From: Lama glama
Lineage: Eukaryota
NCBI GenBank assembly: GCA_028534125.1
Contig: CM052837.1
Span: forward strand, 24,614,001 to 24,678,000
Direction: 5' to 3'
Length of the DNA stretch: 64,000 nucleotides
Shown: in pieces, positions 62,079-64,000 of the stretch
Layout: each line of letters opens with the position of its first letter
Position numbering within the stretch: position 1 is the first letter of the stretch
Position numbers and translations under genes: made by a program
Notes under the pieces: model-generated
Told to the model about the DNA's origin: nothing
The model's database searches: none
The model's input: only the letters and a program-made list of their open reading frames with translations

Positions 62079-62979
62079 CCTTAAACACATTAAAATATAT
62101 GTGTATACACATACACTCACACACACGCACACATATCTGATGCCTTACTGCAAACATCCACATCTCACCACAGGGATCCCAGCAGTATCTCCCACCTAAT
62201 GGAGTGAAAAGTCCCCCTTACAACCAGGTTCAGACAAATCACCCCATGAAAAGTTCTTAGGATTGCCAGCAGTTTAAAAATGCTTCCAAATATGGCCAAC
62301 AAACTTTTCACGCTAGTGAGGATTTCTTTCACGTTGGCTTGAAAATAACAACCAAAGTTACTCTTACTTGGTTTTCTATTTACTCAAGCTAACATATGTG
62401 ACACAATTTCTCTCAAAATTATACTGATTTATCTTTAGTATTTTTAAGAGATAAATTAAAATCAGTGATTTTTTTTTAAAGCCATTGGCCCCCAGGTTAT
62501 AGTTTTCCATCCTCTACGTGAGATAATCGTAGGAGGAAAGCCTAGGACCATTTGTGTGGCACATCAGGAACAAGACCATGAGGAAAAGAACATGCAGTCT
62601 CCATAAAAGGATTAAATCGAGCCCAGACGTGAAGGGTACCTTCCCTGGCTGATGCTAGACAAGTCGCCGCAGGTCATAAATGGTGTCCACGCGCATCCAC
62701 GTTGCCTTACCTGTTCCCTCCTGGAAAGATGGGGAAAAGGAGGAAACCCACTTTTGGTGCTCTGTGTAAACAGGCCTGGGATCTGAGGACTGAAGCTGCC
62801 CCGTCCACCCTTTCTCTACCTGCCACCCAGGAGAACAGGGAGCAGAAAAAGAAGTTAACATCTTGGTCCAGCAATCAAAGCAAAACTCTTAGTGTTTTAC
62901 TGACAAACATCATGATAACTGAGCCAAAAAAAAAAAAAAAAGTTGGAGGACTGGATGGTTACAGTTGATTAGGGGAAAC

Positions 62980-63502
62980 TGTTTTACTTATCTGTTGCTG
63001 TGTAACAAATCACCCCAAAATTAATGGTTTAAAAGATCAAAAAGCATTTATTATCTCTCACAGTCTTTATGGATCAGGAATTTGGGAACCGCTTGGTTGG
63101 ACAGTTCTGGCTTGGGGTCACTAGTGTGACTGTAGGCACAGAGGGACTGAGCAGCTGAGAGCTGGCAGGCATCTCTCCTTCTCTATTTAGTCTCAGGTCT
63201 CTCCGAGTGGACTTTCCACATGAGCTGGCTTGGGCTTCCTCAGTGCATGGCAGCCTCAAGTGTGTTACATGGAAGTGGAGGTGCCAAAGGTCTGAGTATC
63301 CATGAGATACAAGGGTGAGTGTCCCCTTTTCTAGCCCAGACTCAGAAGCCACACAAATCATTTCCACCTCTTTTTATTCATTCAGGGGAGGGGACATAGA
63401 CTTGACAGGGAGAGTTGGGGAGGGGGAGTGGCGAGGTTTTGGAAAAGCACATGGGACGGGAAATATTGTTGCAGCCATTTTTAAAACATACACTCTGCCA
63501 TA
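62980..63502 (-). mobile_element. MaLR solo LTR (MLT1G-like)
   Basis: tgctgtgtaacaaatcaccccaaaa...catttattatctctcacag...ttgggcttcctc...gcagccattttt...ctgccata; flanks gaaac/ggaac. Confidence 0.85.
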
Positions 63503-64000
63503 GGAACGAAAGCTTAATTGAAATTGTTAGCTTATTTACGTATGAATAAAATTAAAGTATGAGTGATTAAAAAATTTTTTTTTGATAAAAAAATATTCTT
63601 GATTCTCTTTCTTTGGTCACGAACTCCTTTGACCAGCATTTGCCAGAGATGGTGAACTGTACAACATCAGCAACCAGATTCCTCCTCACCAAAACCCACC
63701 AACATTAGCTCAAAATCTGACCTCATGCCATCTGTCTGGCAGCATTCAGAACCCATCTGCGTGGTGATTTTCCTGCTTATAAACAGAGAAATAAGCAATG
63801 TATGTGAGTTAAGACCTGCTGAGATACTGTGACACAAACAGAAGGGGAATTGCCTGGACATAGAACCCAAAACACATCATCAGCAGTCTTGCTCAACATC
63901 ATCTCCCAAGTGACAGTCCAGAGCAACAGGATCTCATCCACTATATAATGGACAGAGTAGAAAATTTTTTTGATATTGTTCTTTTGATTGTAATGGGCAG

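Noticed and set aside
1-64000. tRNA, rRNA, snoRNA, miRNA, CRISPR or prokaryotic systems
   Set aside because: None recognised by eye; tRNA-like boxes occur only as MIR heads, and the sequence is mammalian and repeat-rich

Overview
Mammalian non-coding genomic DNA (a large intron or intergenic region), not microbial. Young L1 3' ends of cetartiodactyl type (37058-37240, 38730-38942) and the absence of recognisable Alu, B1, PRE, Bov-tA, CHR-2 or Can-SINE elements point to a camelid; this is inference. Roughly half the window is ancient interspersed repeat: MIR, L2, old L1, MaLR MLT1 and MER67 LTRs, and hAT/Tigger MITEs. There are also microsatellites and two assembly gaps. I cannot support any protein-coding gene, RNA gene or CRISPR array, and the ORF track looks like chance ORFs, repeat-derived ORFs and N-gap artefacts. 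I found no convincing new biological system. The best leads are: a perfect RFX X-box with adjacent FOX/SOX-like motifs (9328-9370); a dense homeodomain-site cluster (30890-31340); several small CpG-retaining unique blocks; candidate unannotated exons, notably a minus-strand donor shared by a 10-nt and a 109-nt option near 62.7 kb; a twin-primed inverted L1 with TSDs; and an inverted pair of young L1 tails. Repeat family names come from my recall of consensus sequences, and boundaries are approximate unless TSDs or TIRs are quoted.
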